Program-made: the position numbers and the translations under genes
Assembly (NCBI GenBank): GCA_963826115.1
Contig: CAWGVS010000012.1
Span: forward strand, 704,001-768,000
Direction of reading: 5' to 3'
From: an uncultured Candidatus Rokubacteria bacterium
Lineage (GTDB): Bacteria; Methylomirabilota; Methylomirabilia; Rokubacteriales; DASRDR01
Length of the DNA stretch: 64,000 bases
Notes under the pieces: generated by a model
Told to the model about the DNA's origin: nothing
What the model saw: the letters and a program-made list of their open reading frames with translations, nothing else
Database searches by the model: none
In this document: positions 1 to 12,541 of the stretch, piece after piece
How the letters are laid out: every line of letters starts with the position of its first letter
How positions within the stretch are numbered: the first letter of the stretch is position 1

Positions 1-81
1 CGCCGTCACGCCCTCCTGGGCGAGGACCGTCTCGGCGAGGCGCGCCGACAGGTGGAACAGCCGCTCGCGGCTCCACCTCAT
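1..81 (-). CDS. DUF507-family protein, 5' part (runs off window start)
   Basis: ATG at 81 overlaps the stop of the upstream DUF507 ORF (TGATG); translates MRWSRERLFHLSARLAETVLAQEGVTA; DUF507 genes commonly occur in tandem pairs. Confidence 0.55.
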   Translation of the reverse strand, partial: MRWSRERLFHLSARLAETVLAQEGVTA

Positions 82-377
82 CACAGGACGAACCCCCGGT
101 CGCGGGCGAGCTTCTCCCGGGCCTTGTTGAAGAGCTGCCGGTAGTCGAGCCCCTTCTCGCGGATGTCCCGCGCGTGCTCCTGGAGGAGCCGTCGCGCGTC
201 GACGTCGAGTTGCTCCTCCGCCGCGAGGTTCTCCACGATCACGCGCTGGATCGCCTGCTTGACCCGCGTCTCGTCCTTGGCATCGATGAAGCGGCGGCCC
301 ACGAGGCGCTTCACGATCTCGGCGCCGATGCGGCCGGCGATCTCCTCCCGCCCGCGCACGCTAGTCACTCCCCGCAA
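81..377 (-). CDS. DUF507-family protein
   Basis: 98 aa ending ...EEQLDVDARRLL...DYRQLFNKAREKLARDRGFVL, the characteristic DUF507 C-terminus; start uncertain. Confidence 0.7.
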   Translation of the reverse strand: MRGVTSVRGREEIAGRIGAEIVKRLVGRRFIDAKDETRVKQAIQRVIVENLAAEEQLDVDARRLLQEHARDIREKGLDYRQLFNKAREKLARDRGFVL

Positions 378-855
378 CGAGGTGCTCGAACGGCTCGGGG
401 CCGGCGTCGTTCCACTCGACCTGCGGCGCCCGGTCGGGCGGGGTGCCTTCGATGAGCCAGGACTCCGAGACGCGGTAGCTCACCCGCCGGCGGGTGAAGG
501 CCTCCCCGTCGTGGTAGTAGAGCCACCCCGTCCGCCGCCAGCCGATGCCGCGCGTCTCGACGCGAACCCGGCGCACCTCCAGGTCGAACACGGCCAGCCC
601 GTGTCCGGCCGGCGTCTCCGTGTAACGCCGGTCGATCCGGGCCCGGCGGAGCGCGCCCAGGAATCCCTCGTAGGTCGTGGTCGCGAAGGGCTGGCCGAAG
701 AAGAAGCGCTGCGCGGCGACCAGGAGGTCGGGGATGGTCTCGGGATCGGCGTCCAGCGCCCCGACGAGCGCAGGCACGCGCCAGGGGCGCGCGAGCCCGC
801 TCACCCGGCGCTGCTTGTCGCGGAGGCAGACCCGCACGAGTCCAGGCTGTCCCAT
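361..855 (-). CDS. hypothetical protein
   Basis: 164-aa ORF with protein-like composition, co-directional between atpC and the DUF507 pair; no family recognised. Confidence 0.6.
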   Translation of the reverse strand: MGQPGLVRVCLRDKQRRVSGLARPWRVPALVGALDADPETIPDLLVAAQRFFFGQPFATTTYEGFLGALRRARIDRRYTETPAGHGLAVFDLEVRRVRVETRGIGWRRTGWLYYHDGEAFTRRRVSYRVSESWLIEGTPPDRAPQVEWNDAGPEPFEHLVAGSD

Positions 856-979
856 CTCGACGCCCGAAACCCCCGATTGAGCCTACTCAGCGCCCCCGGG
901 GGTGTCAAGGCGCGCCCCCGGCCGGGTCCTCCGGGAACTCGCGCCCGCGGCGCCCGGCAGACCGGCCCGCGGAAGGCGC

Positions 980-1399
980 TCACGCGCCGCCGGGCCGTCG
1001 GCCCGCGGTCTGCAGCCGCGCGCGCGCCCGGGCGAAGGACGCGAGCGCCCGATCGACGTTGGTCTCCTCGACCACCGCGGACCGGAGCCGCTGCTCGGCC
1101 CGCTCCCCGGCCGCGCGGGCGCGAGCCACGTCGATCTCCTCCGGCCGCTCGGCGCTCTCGCTGAGGATCGTCACGTGGTCGGGCCCGACCTCGGCGAAGC
1201 CGCCGCTGACCGCCAGGTGGTGCTCCTCGCGCCCCGTCCGGTACATCACCTCGCCGGTCCCGACGAGGCTCAGGAGCGCGGCGTGCCCGGGGAGCACGCC
1301 GAACGAGCCCTCCGACCCGGGGACGACGACCTCATCGACCTCGCCCGACACCACGAGCCGCGTCGGGGTCGCCACCTCCAGCTTGAGCCGGTCCGCCAT
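980..1399 (-). CDS. atpC: ATP synthase F1 epsilon subunit
   Basis: LEVATPTR...PGSEGSFGVLPGHA...SGGFAEV motifs. Confidence 0.97.
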   Translation of the reverse strand: MADRLKLEVATPTRLVVSGEVDEVVVPGSEGSFGVLPGHAALLSLVGTGEVMYRTGREEHHLAVSGGFAEVGPDHVTILSESAERPEEIDVARARAAGERAEQRLRSAVVEETNVDRALASFARARARLQTAGRRPGGA

Positions 1400-1413
1400 C
1401 GGCAGGTCCGCCC

Positions 1414-3730
<2,317 letters not shown>

Positions 3731-3751
3731 TGGCCCGGGCGGTCTCTCGTC

Positions 3752-5277
<1,526 letters not shown>

Positions 5278-5281
<4 letters not shown>

Positions 5282-5838
5282 GCCGCTCCCCCTGCTCCCT
5301 TGGTGATGCGCTCTCTGAGGGCCGCCAGCTGGCCCGCTACACTCATGTCCAGAACCCGGCTGTCCACCTCGGCGACGAAGCCGGCGAGGAGCCCCGCGTC
5401 GACCTCCGTGTCGAGGAGCACCGTCTTCCCGAGCCGCCGCCCGAGGCGCTCGCGGAGCGCGGTGCGCTCGGCGTCCGACAGGGCCGCGGCGCTGCGCACG
5501 CGCGCCCGGATCCGCCCCGCCGCCTCGTCGACGCTCGCGCGATAGGCGGCGAGGATCTCCCCGAGGACGTCGAGGCGCCGCCGCTGCGCGACGAGCGCCA
5601 GGAAGTTCCGTGTGAGCGGCGACATGCCGAGCCGCCCGGCCACCTCGAGGACGATGGCCCGTTTCGTCGACGCCTTCACCCACGGCCGGAGCAGGGCCTC
5701 GCGGAGCTGGGGCTCCGTGGCGAGAAGCTGCTCGAAGGTGGCGAGCTCGTCCGTGACGGCGTCGGCGCGGCGGGCCTCGCTCGCGAGCGCGTGGAGCGCC
5801 CGGGCGTAGCGACGCGCGACCCCGGCGTCCTGCTTCAC
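5278..5838 (-). CDS. atpH: ATP synthase delta subunit
   Basis: [10 protein letters not shown]-terminus; position between atpF and atpA. Confidence 0.95.
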
Positions 5839-6446
5839 GCCGGCTCGATCCGGGCCAGCGCCTCCCGGACGAGCCGCTGATGGTCGTCGTCGGTGAGGCT
5901 CTTGCGGATGAGGCGCTCGGCGATCTGGGTGGCGAGCACGCCCACCTCCGCCCGGAGCTCGGTCCGCGCCCGCCGGACCTCCTGACCCACCTGCGCCTGG
6001 GCGGCCTCGAGGAGCCGCGCGGCCTCCTGGCGGGCCTCGGCGCCGAGGCGCTCCCGGAGCTCCCCGGCCTCCCGTAGCGCGCGCTCGCGAAGGGCCTGGG
6101 CCTCCGCCTGCGCGGCGCGGATCCGCTCCTCCATCGCGCCGAGCGCCTGCTGCGCCTCCTCGCGGGCCGCCTTGGCTTCCGCGAGCTGCTGCTCGATCGC
6201 CGAGGTGCGGCCCTCGAGCGCGGCGAGGAGCGGCCGGTACATGAGCTTGTAGAGGGCAGCCAGGAGGAGGAGGAAGCTGATGAGCTGGACGCCGAGCGTC
6301 CAGTTGATCTCGATGAGGCTCCCGCCGCCTTCCGCCTCGGACGCCACCGCCAAGACGGGCGCGGTCAGCATCAGCGCACCCAGGACGAGTGCCTGCCTCA
6401 CGATCGCGCCGGCGCGCAGACTCACCACCAACCGGTTCCCTGTCAT
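5835..6446 (-). CDS. atpF: ATP synthase F0 b subunit with N-terminal extension
   Basis: [36 protein letters not shown] segment plus coiled coil; start put at ATG 6446 (uncertain). Confidence 0.92.
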   Translation of the reverse strand: MTGNRLVVSLRAGAIVRQALVLGALMLTAPVLAVASEAEGGGSLIEINWTLGVQLISFLLLLAALYKLMYRPLLAALEGRTSAIEQQLAEAKAAREEAQQALGAMEERIRAAQAEAQALRERALREAGELRERLGAEARQEAARLLEAAQAQVGQEVRRARTELRAEVGVLATQIAERLIRKSLTDDDHQRLVREALARIEPA

Positions 6447-6500
6447 GTCAGCCTCGCGGGCGGGGGGTGTTGTGAAAAAAAGGGCAAGCAGCCCCTCAAG

Positions 6501-6530
6501 GGGATACCACGCCCATCGGAAATGTGTCAA
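6501..6530 (-). promoter_or_regulatory. putative sigma70 promoter for atp operon
   Basis: TTGACA (6530-6525), 18 nt, TATCCC (6506-6501), upstream of atpF; weak -10. Confidence 0.45.
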
Positions 6531-7612
6531 GCGGCGCACGCGATCACGCCGCCGCCGACGACCGCCTCGCCCCGGTACCAGACGACGGACTGTCCCGGCG
6601 TGATCGCGTACTGGGGCTCGCGCAGCGTGACTTCGACACGGCGGGCGTCGCCGGTCGGGCTCAGGCGGGCGGGGACGCGGGGCGCGCGGTGGCGGACGCG
6701 CGCCTCGACGTCGAGCGGCTCCACGAGGTCGGGCACGGCGATCCAGTTCACCTGCTCGGCGACCAGCCGCGTCGCCCGGAGGGCGGCCCGCGGGCCGACG
6801 ACGACCGCGTTCCGCCGCGGGTCGAGCCGGACGACGTAGGCCGGGGACGCCCCCAGCCGGCCGAGACCCCGGCGCTGGCCCACCGTGTAGCCGCCGAGCC
6901 CGGTGTGGACGCCCACCTCGTGGCCCGCCTCGTCGACGACGGGCCCCGGCCGGAAGGCCTCGGGCGCCCGCGCTTGCAGAAACGCGCGGTAGTCCCCGCT
7001 CACGAAGCAGAGCTCCTGGCTCTCCGGCATGGCCGCCGTCGCGAGCCCCCGCGCCCGCGCCCACGCGCGCACCTCGGGCTTGGCGAGCCCGCCCACCGGA
7101 AAGCGCGCGCGCCGGAGCTGCGCCTGGGTGAGCGGCCACAGGAAGTAGCTCTGGTCCTTCGCGAGGTCGCGCGCGGTGAGGAGGCAGATGCGCCCGCTCC
7201 GGGGATCCGGCGCGACCCGCGCGTAGTGCCCCGTCGCGACGGCGTCCGCGTCCCAGGCGAGCGCGCGCTCGAGGAGCGTGCCGAACTTGATCTCGCGGTT
7301 GCAGACCACGCAGGGGCTCGGCGTCCGCCCCGCCGCGTACTCGCGGGTGAAGTCCGCGATCACCCGCTCCCCGAACTCGCGCTCGTGGTTCAGGAGGTAA
7401 TAGGGGATCCCGAGGCGTCGCGCGACCTGCCGGGCCCCCTGCGCCGTCGCGGGCGAGCAGCAGGAGCCGAATCGCGCGGCCGCATCCGTCGGCGCCTCCC
7501 AGGCGGCGGTGCGGAGCGTCACCCCGACCACCTCGTGGCCGGCCTCCCGGAGCAGGGCGGCGGCGACCGAGCTGTCTACACCTCCACTTAATCCGACTAT
7601 AATTGATTTCAT
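6527..7612 (-). CDS. mnmA: tRNA 2-thiouridylase MnmA
   Basis: SGGVDSS PP-loop, GRTPSPCVVCN, ATGHYAR, KDQSYFL, YTVGQRRGL, ITPGQ. Confidence 0.98.
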   Translation of the reverse strand: MKSIIVGLSGGVDSSVAAALLREAGHEVVGVTLRTAAWEAPTDAAARFGSCCSPATAQGARQVARRLGIPYYLLNHEREFGERVIADFTREYAAGRTPSPCVVCNREIKFGTLLERALAWDADAVATGHYARVAPDPRSGRICLLTARDLAKDQSYFLWPLTQAQLRRARFPVGGLAKPEVRAWARARGLATAAMPESQELCFVSGDYRAFLQARAPEAFRPGPVVDEAGHEVGVHTGLGGYTVGQRRGLGRLGASPAYVVRLDPRRNAVVVGPRAALRATRLVAEQVNWIAVPDLVEPLDVEARVRHRAPRVPARLSPTGDARRVEVTLREPQYAITPGQSVVWYRGEAVVGGGVIACAA

Positions 7613-7646
7613 TCGAATTAAATCGCTGTAGTTGCGCTCGGCTGTG

Positions 7647-8534
7647 TCAGGGGGGCCCCGTCAGCCGTGCATGGATCCGCTCCAGCTCGGCCGCCGTCGT
7701 TGGGGCGCTGCTCGTGAGATGCCCGTGGATCCGCTCGAGCTCCGCGGCCGAGGTGAATGGGAGCTCGATCCGGCCGCGCGACAGGTTCCCGACCACGCGG
7801 ACGCGCGTGCCGAGCGCCAGGCGAAGCTCCTCTTCCAGGGCCTCGACTTCCGGGGCTCGGCGACGCGGCTTCGCCCGCGTGGGTCGCCGCGCCTGGACGC
7901 CGGCCTCGGTCGCGCGCACGGACCAGTCCTGGGCAAGGATTCGCTCGCGGAGCCGCAGCTGCGCTGCGGGCGAGGGCAGCCCGAGGAGGGCGCGCGCGTG
8001 CCCCATCGTGAGCCGTCCCGCTCGCAGGTCCTCCTGGATCGGCTCCGGCAGCCGGAGCAGCCGGAGGGCATTCGCAATCGACGAGCGGTCCTTCCCGAGC
8101 CGCCGGGCGAGCTCCTCCTGGGTCCAGCCGAACTCGGCGAGGAGGCGCTGGTAGGCCTGCGCGGCCTCGACCGGGTTCAGGTCCTCGCGGAGCAGGTTCT
8201 CCACGAGCCCGAGCTCCAGGGCCTCCGCGTCGCTGGCCTCGCGCACGATCGCCGGTACCCGGCTGAGGCCGGCCTGCTGGGCGGCCCGCCACCGACGCTC
8301 GCCCACGAGGATCTCGAACTGCGCCCCCCGCGGCCGGACCACGAGGGGCTGGAGGATGCCCGTCGAGCGGATCGACGCCGCGAGCTCGTCGAGCGCCTGG
8401 GTGTCGAAGTGCCGGCGTGGCTGCTGCGGGTTCGGGATCAGGCTCTCGAGGGGGAGCTCGCGTAGCCTGACGCCGTCCTCGGTCTCAGCCGGTGGTAGGA
8501 GGGCGCCCAGACCGCGTCCGAGTGCGCGTTTCAT
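7647..8534 (-). CDS. parB: chromosome partitioning protein ParB/Spo0J
   Basis: MKRALGRGLGALL, QPRRHF, GERRWRA, ENLLREDLNPVE, HTH. Confidence 0.97.
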   Translation of the reverse strand: MKRALGRGLGALLPPAETEDGVRLRELPLESLIPNPQQPRRHFDTQALDELAASIRSTGILQPLVVRPRGAQFEILVGERRWRAAQQAGLSRVPAIVREASDAEALELGLVENLLREDLNPVEAAQAYQRLLAEFGWTQEELARRLGKDRSSIANALRLLRLPEPIQEDLRAGRLTMGHARALLGLPSPAAQLRLRERILAQDWSVRATEAGVQARRPTRAKPRRRAPEVEALEEELRLALGTRVRVVGNLSRGRIELPFTSAAELERIHGHLTSSAPTTAAELERIHARLTGPP

Positions 8535-9312
8535 CACGTCCCAGGACCTCCTTCGCCAGCTCCAGGTACGCGATCGCCCCGGGCGATCGGATGTCGTACT
8601 GGAGGATGGACCGCCCGTGGCTGGGCGCCTCGGACAGGCGGACATTCCGCGGAATCACGGTCGTGAACACCTGGCCCTTGAAGTAGCGCTCGACCTCCGC
8701 CCGGACCTGGGCCGTCAGCGTCGTCCGGCCGTCGAACAGCGTGAACACGATCCCCTCGATCTCGAGCGCGGGGTTCGCCCGGGTCCGGACGGTCTCGAGC
8801 GTCCGGACCAGCTGGGCCAGCCCCTCCAGCGCAAAATACTCGCACTGGAGCGGGATGAGCACCCCCTCGGCGGCGACGAGCGCATTCAGGGTCAGGAGCC
8901 CGAGCGAGGGGGGACAGTCGATCACCACGTAGCGGAACCGGGACCGAATCGGCTCCAGCGCCCCCCGTAGACGGCTCTCCCGGCTAGCCATCGTGGCCAG
9001 ATCCACCTCGACACCAACCAGGTCCGGATTCCCCGGCATGAGGGTGAGTCCCGGGATGGCGGTCTCCCGGAGACTTTCCCCGGCGGGCCGGCCCTCGGCC
9101 AGGACCTCGTAGATCGTACCGCCCTCGTCCCGCGTACCCTCGGGCGTGAGTCCCGCAGTCGCATTCGCCTGGGGATCGAGATCCACCAGCAGGGTGGGCC
9201 GGTCGGCGACGGCGAGGGCGCTCGCCAGACTGACGGCCGTCGTGGTCTTCCCGACGCCGCCCTTCTGGTTCACGACCGCGATGCTACGGCTCTGCTGTGC
9301 GCCCTGTTCCAC
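8485..9312 (-). CDS. parA: chromosome partitioning ATPase ParA/Soj
   Basis: NQKGGVGKTTT, DLDPQANAT, IDCPPSLGLLT, IPRNVRLSEAPSHG. Confidence 0.98.
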   Translation of the reverse strand: MEQGAQQSRSIAVVNQKGGVGKTTTAVSLASALAVADRPTLLVDLDPQANATAGLTPEGTRDEGGTIYEVLAEGRPAGESLRETAIPGLTLMPGNPDLVGVEVDLATMASRESRLRGALEPIRSRFRYVVIDCPPSLGLLTLNALVAAEGVLIPLQCEYFALEGLAQLVRTLETVRTRANPALEIEGIVFTLFDGRTTLTAQVRAEVERYFKGQVFTTVIPRNVRLSEAPSHGRSILQYDIRSPGAIAYLELAKEVLGRDETRTRTRSGRPPTTG

Positions 9313-9916
9313 GTGGAACGTCTGCCTCCCGGGCCGTCCCGCGAATTATAAGAAACCGGCGTCGCCAGGACAATTCCCCTGGGAGGTCCAGGACCACCTC
9401 GCGCCGCGTCCCCGGGCCCGTCCCGGTCGGCCCCACCGATACGACGAGGTGCCCGGCCGGCGCCAGGAAGGGCGCCGCCAGCGCCGCGGCGGACGCCCCG
9501 GGGGCCACCGCCCGCATCGTCACGGTCTGGAATCGGCCCGCAAGCGGGCCGCCGGCCAGCGCCTCCGCACGCCCCCAGTGGACCGCGACCCCCCCAAGGC
9601 CGAGCTCGCGGACCATGTGCCGCAGGAAGTTCGCGCGTCGCCGCGTGGCATCGAGGAGCTCGACCTCCCATTCCGGCCGCGCCAGCTTCAGCACGAGCCC
9701 GGGCACGCCCGCCCCGCTTCCGACGTCCAGGAGCGGCGCCGCCGGGGCGGGGAGCACCGTGAGCCACATGAGGGACTCCAGAACCAGGTGCTGGAGCCGC
9801 GCCAGCCGCGTCCGGTAGGCTGTCAGGCCACCCACGCGCTGCCAGCGCTCGAGCTCGTCCAGGTACCGCGTCACCGCCCCCGGGAATGTCGGGGGCAGCG
9901 TCAGGCCGAGGGCCAC
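9284..9916 (-). CDS. rsmG: 16S rRNA m7G527 methyltransferase RsmG (GidB)
   Basis: HLVLESL, LDVGSGAGVPGL, GRAE, TMRAVA; located upstream of parA; start uncertain. Confidence 0.92.
   Translation of the reverse strand: MALGLTLPPTFPGAVTRYLDELERWQRVGGLTAYRTRLARLQHLVLESLMWLTVLPAPAAPLLDVGSGAGVPGLVLKLARPEWEVELLDATRRRANFLRHMVRELGLGGVAVHWGRAEALAGGPLAGRFQTVTMRAVAPGASAAALAAPFLAPAGHLVVSVGPTGTGPGTRREVVLDLPGELSWRRRFLIIRGTAREADVPRGTGRTAEP
9305..9320. promoter_or_regulatory. parS centromere site
   Basis: TGTTCCACGTGGAACG, 15/16 match to the palindrome TGTTCCACGTGGAACA, next to parAB. Confidence 0.9.
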
Positions 9917-9992
9917 TCCCGCCCGCCGGATCGCCCCGTCGACATCGACGGGCCCCGGCTCGCGCGGCGCGTGGCGCGCGGACGGCCGGCGG

Positions 9993-11732
9993 TCAGGCGC
10001 GCCCGGCCTCCCGCTCCGCGAGCTTGGCGGTCGCGGCGCTCCGGTCGATCAGGTACTGCTGCAAGATGGACAGGCAATTGTTCACGAGCCAGTAGAGCAC
10101 CAGCCCCGTGGGGAACTCGAGGAACATGAACGTGAAGACCACGGGCATGATCAGCATGATCTGAGCCTGGCGCGGGTCCCCGACGGTGGGCGTCATCTTC
10201 TGCTGGATCAGCATCGAGATGCCCATCAAGATCGGCAGGACGTAGTACGGATCCTTCTTCGACAGGTCGGTGATCCAGAACATGAAGTGCGCCCCCTGGA
10301 GCTCGACCGAGTACTGGAGCGTCAGGTAGAGCGCGTAGAAGATCGGAATCTGAACGACCATCGGCAGGCAGCCGCCCATGGGATTCACACCGTGCTTCCG
10401 GAAGAGCTCCATCTGCTCGCGCTGGAAGCGCTGGGGATCCGAGCGGAACTTCGAGCGCAGCGCGTTCAGCTGCGGCTGGATGGTCTGCATCGCCTTCATC
10501 GACCGCATGCTCTTCAGGCTGAGCGGGTAGAACAGGACCTTTACCAGCACGGTGAGCAGGATGATCGCGACGCCGTAGTTCTGGCCGGGCAGGTGGGTGC
10601 CGAAGAAGTTCAGGAGCCAGAGGAGCGGCACGCAGAACCACCACATCGGGAACAGCACCCAGAGGAAGTGCCCGTAGTTCCGGGCCTGCGCGGCCTCCAG
10701 GCCGACCCCGACGCTCCGGAGGCGGACCCACTCCTTGGGGCCGACGTAGACGGTCTCCGTCCCCTGCCAGGTCTGGCCGGCCCCGACTCGGACCTCATGG
10801 AAGGCGAGCCCCACCTGGGCAACATCGCGCGCGCGGCCCCGGGCCAGCCCTGCGCCCGGCCCGCCGATCAGCGCCGCGATGAAGTGGTCGGTCTCGAGGG
10901 CCGCCCACCGCCGGTCCGCGGAGACGATCGCGTCCGGCACGAGGTGTGAGTCCTTGAGCTCGGGGCCTCCGGGGGATTCCTTCGCGTCCTTCAGGACCGG
11001 CTGCGGCGCCTCATAGGCATCGGGATCCGCGCCGGGCCGATCGACCAGGATCCGACCCAGGAGATGCCGGCCGTCCTTGCCCTCGCCGAACGTGTGCCAC
11101 GGCTGGTCCGGCGTGGCTCCGGGCTCCGACACGGGCGTCGCCCAGTACATGAGCACATCGATGGGACCGGCCCCGCGGGGCCCGCCTTCGATCTGGAAGT
11201 CGACCGGCATCGCGTACGAGTCCGCGCGCAACGTGAGCGTGCGTCGGATCCGCAGTCCGTCCGCCGTTGCCCCGGTGAAGCCGAGGCGGGCCTCGGGGGC
11301 GGTCGCCGTGACCTCCACCCGCGCGACGTCGGGTCGGAGGGCCACCAGCTCCAGGCCTTGTCCCGGACGCTGGATCGCCACCGTGAGCGGCCGAAGAGCG
11401 CCCTCCACGACGAGGCGCTTCGGCCCGCGGAGCTCGATGGTCCACGCGGTCACGCTGCCGTCCGCCGCGAAGCTCGCGTGGTAGAGCGGCGTGACGACCT
11501 CGGCGACCGGCGTCGCGCCGCCGCTGGCGCGGGGCACCGCGGCCGGCTGCGTCGCGCCGCCGGGGCCTCCCGTGGCCGGGCCCGTGGCCGGGGTGGTCGC
11601 GGCCGGAGCCGCGGCGGTCGGGGACGCGGGATGCTCCGCCGGGGGCGGGGTGGATGCCCCGAACCAGAGCTGCCAGCCCAGGACCACGGCGACCGACAGG
11701 GCGATCGCTATAAGTGCGCGTTTTTCCATCAC
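9993..11732 (-). CDS. yidC: membrane protein insertase YidC
   Basis: NYGVAIILLT, NPMGGCLPMVVQIPIF, WITDLSKKDPYYVLP, GLVLYW. Confidence 0.98.
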   Translation of the reverse strand: MMEKRALIAIALSVAVVLGWQLWFGASTPPPAEHPASPTAAAPAATTPATGPATGGPGGATQPAAVPRASGGATPVAEVVTPLYHASFAADGSVTAWTIELRGPKRLVVEGALRPLTVAIQRPGQGLELVALRPDVARVEVTATAPEARLGFTGATADGLRIRRTLTLRADSYAMPVDFQIEGGPRGAGPIDVLMYWATPVSEPGATPDQPWHTFGEGKDGRHLLGRILVDRPGADPDAYEAPQPVLKDAKESPGGPELKDSHLVPDAIVSADRRWAALETDHFIAALIGGPGAGLARGRARDVAQVGLAFHEVRVGAGQTWQGTETVYVGPKEWVRLRSVGVGLEAAQARNYGHFLWVLFPMWWFCVPLLWLLNFFGTHLPGQNYGVAIILLTVLVKVLFYPLSLKSMRSMKAMQTIQPQLNALRSKFRSDPQRFQREQMELFRKHGVNPMGGCLPMVVQIPIFYALYLTLQYSVELQGAHFMFWITDLSKKDPYYVLPILMGISMLIQQKMTPTVGDPRQAQIMLIMPVVFTFMFLEFPTGLVLYWLVNNCLSILQQYLIDRSAATAKLAEREAGRA

Positions 11733-11748
11733 TTTATTCGATTGGTCC

Positions 11749-12108
11749 TCATTGGCGTCGAGTCGTCTGCACGAGGGCCCCGGCCACCGCGTCCACGAGC
11801 TGGGGAAAGGGGCTCGAGAGCGCCGCGTGCCGGGCGATGAAGCAGAGCCGCAGGCCGTCCGGTGGGACTAGATCCCGCTGCCGCCGGTAGGCTTCCCGGA
11901 GGCGCCGACGCGCGCGGTTCCGGACCACGCTACCCCCGAGCCGACGGCTCACGGCGAAGCCAACGGCGCGCGGGCCCGGCTCTCGACGCCAGAGCAGTAC
12001 GAACGCCGGGGCCTCCACGCGCGCCCCGCGTCGGAAGAGTCGGTCGAACTCGGCTCGGGACCGGAGCCGCTCCGCCCGCGGCAATCCCGCGGGCGCCGCC
12101 CCGGGCAC
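11749..12108 (-). CDS. rnpA: ribonuclease P protein component
   Basis: ERLRSRAEF...GFAVSRRLGGSVVRNRARRRLRE (RNR motif); probable GTG at 12108. Confidence 0.93.
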   Translation of the reverse strand: MPGAAPAGLPRAERLRSRAEFDRLFRRGARVEAPAFVLLWRREPGPRAVGFAVSRRLGGSVVRNRARRRLREAYRRQRDLVPPDGLRLCFIARHAALSSPFPQLVDAVAGALVQTTRRQ

Positions 12109-12113
12109 TGCGT

Positions 12114-12248
12114 CTAGCCTGTCAGCCGGCGTCGCCCCTTGGCGCGCCGCCGCTTCAACACCTTTCGGCCGCCCTTCGTCGACATACGCGCCCGGAACCC
12201 GTGGGTCTTGGCACGCCGCCGCCGGTTCGGTTGGAACGTCCGCTTCAC
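12114..12248 (-). CDS. rpmH: 50S ribosomal protein L34 (missed by the ORF track)
   Basis: GTG start, [44 protein letters not shown], with AGGAGG SD upstream. Confidence 0.98.
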   Translation of the reverse strand: MKRTFQPNRRRRAKTHGFRARMSTKGGRKVLKRRRAKGRRRLTG

Positions 12249-12287
12249 GACTTCCTCCTAGGTGCGTGTTGGGCGCACAGCCCGCCC

Positions 12288-12317
12288 ATCCTACAGATGC
12301 GCTGCGGACCGCGTCAA
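12288..12317 (-). promoter_or_regulatory. putative sigma70 promoter for rpmH operon
   Basis: TTGACG, 18 nt, TAGGAT on the minus strand. Confidence 0.55.
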
Positions 12318-12484
12318 GCACGAGGCCGTCGAGGCCCCCGGTCGTGCGCGGTTGCCGGTCCCGAGACCCCGTGCTATGGTGGGCCGCCCGACGGGGGGAG
12401 CGGTAGGCGCGTCCGCGCCGCCGCGGCTCCTGCGCCGGGCAGGCGATTCGAGTGCGTCAGGCGACGACGGCAGGGCTCCCGGAG

Positions 12485-12516
12485 TTATCCACCGCCGTGG
12501 ATAAGTGTGTGCGTAA
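12485..12516. promoter_or_regulatory. DnaA boxes upstream of dnaA
   Basis: TTATCCACC (12485-12493), inverted TTATCCACG (12496-12504), degenerate TTACGCACA (12508-12516); extended -10 TGCTATGGT at 12372-12380. Confidence 0.8.
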
Positions 12517-12541
12517 CTCGCTCCCGTAGGAAGGTCCCACC

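Noticed and set aside
7592-7623. dif-like site (ATAA-N6-TCAT...TTAAAT)
   Set aside because: Poor match to the XerD arm and located near oriC rather than the terminus
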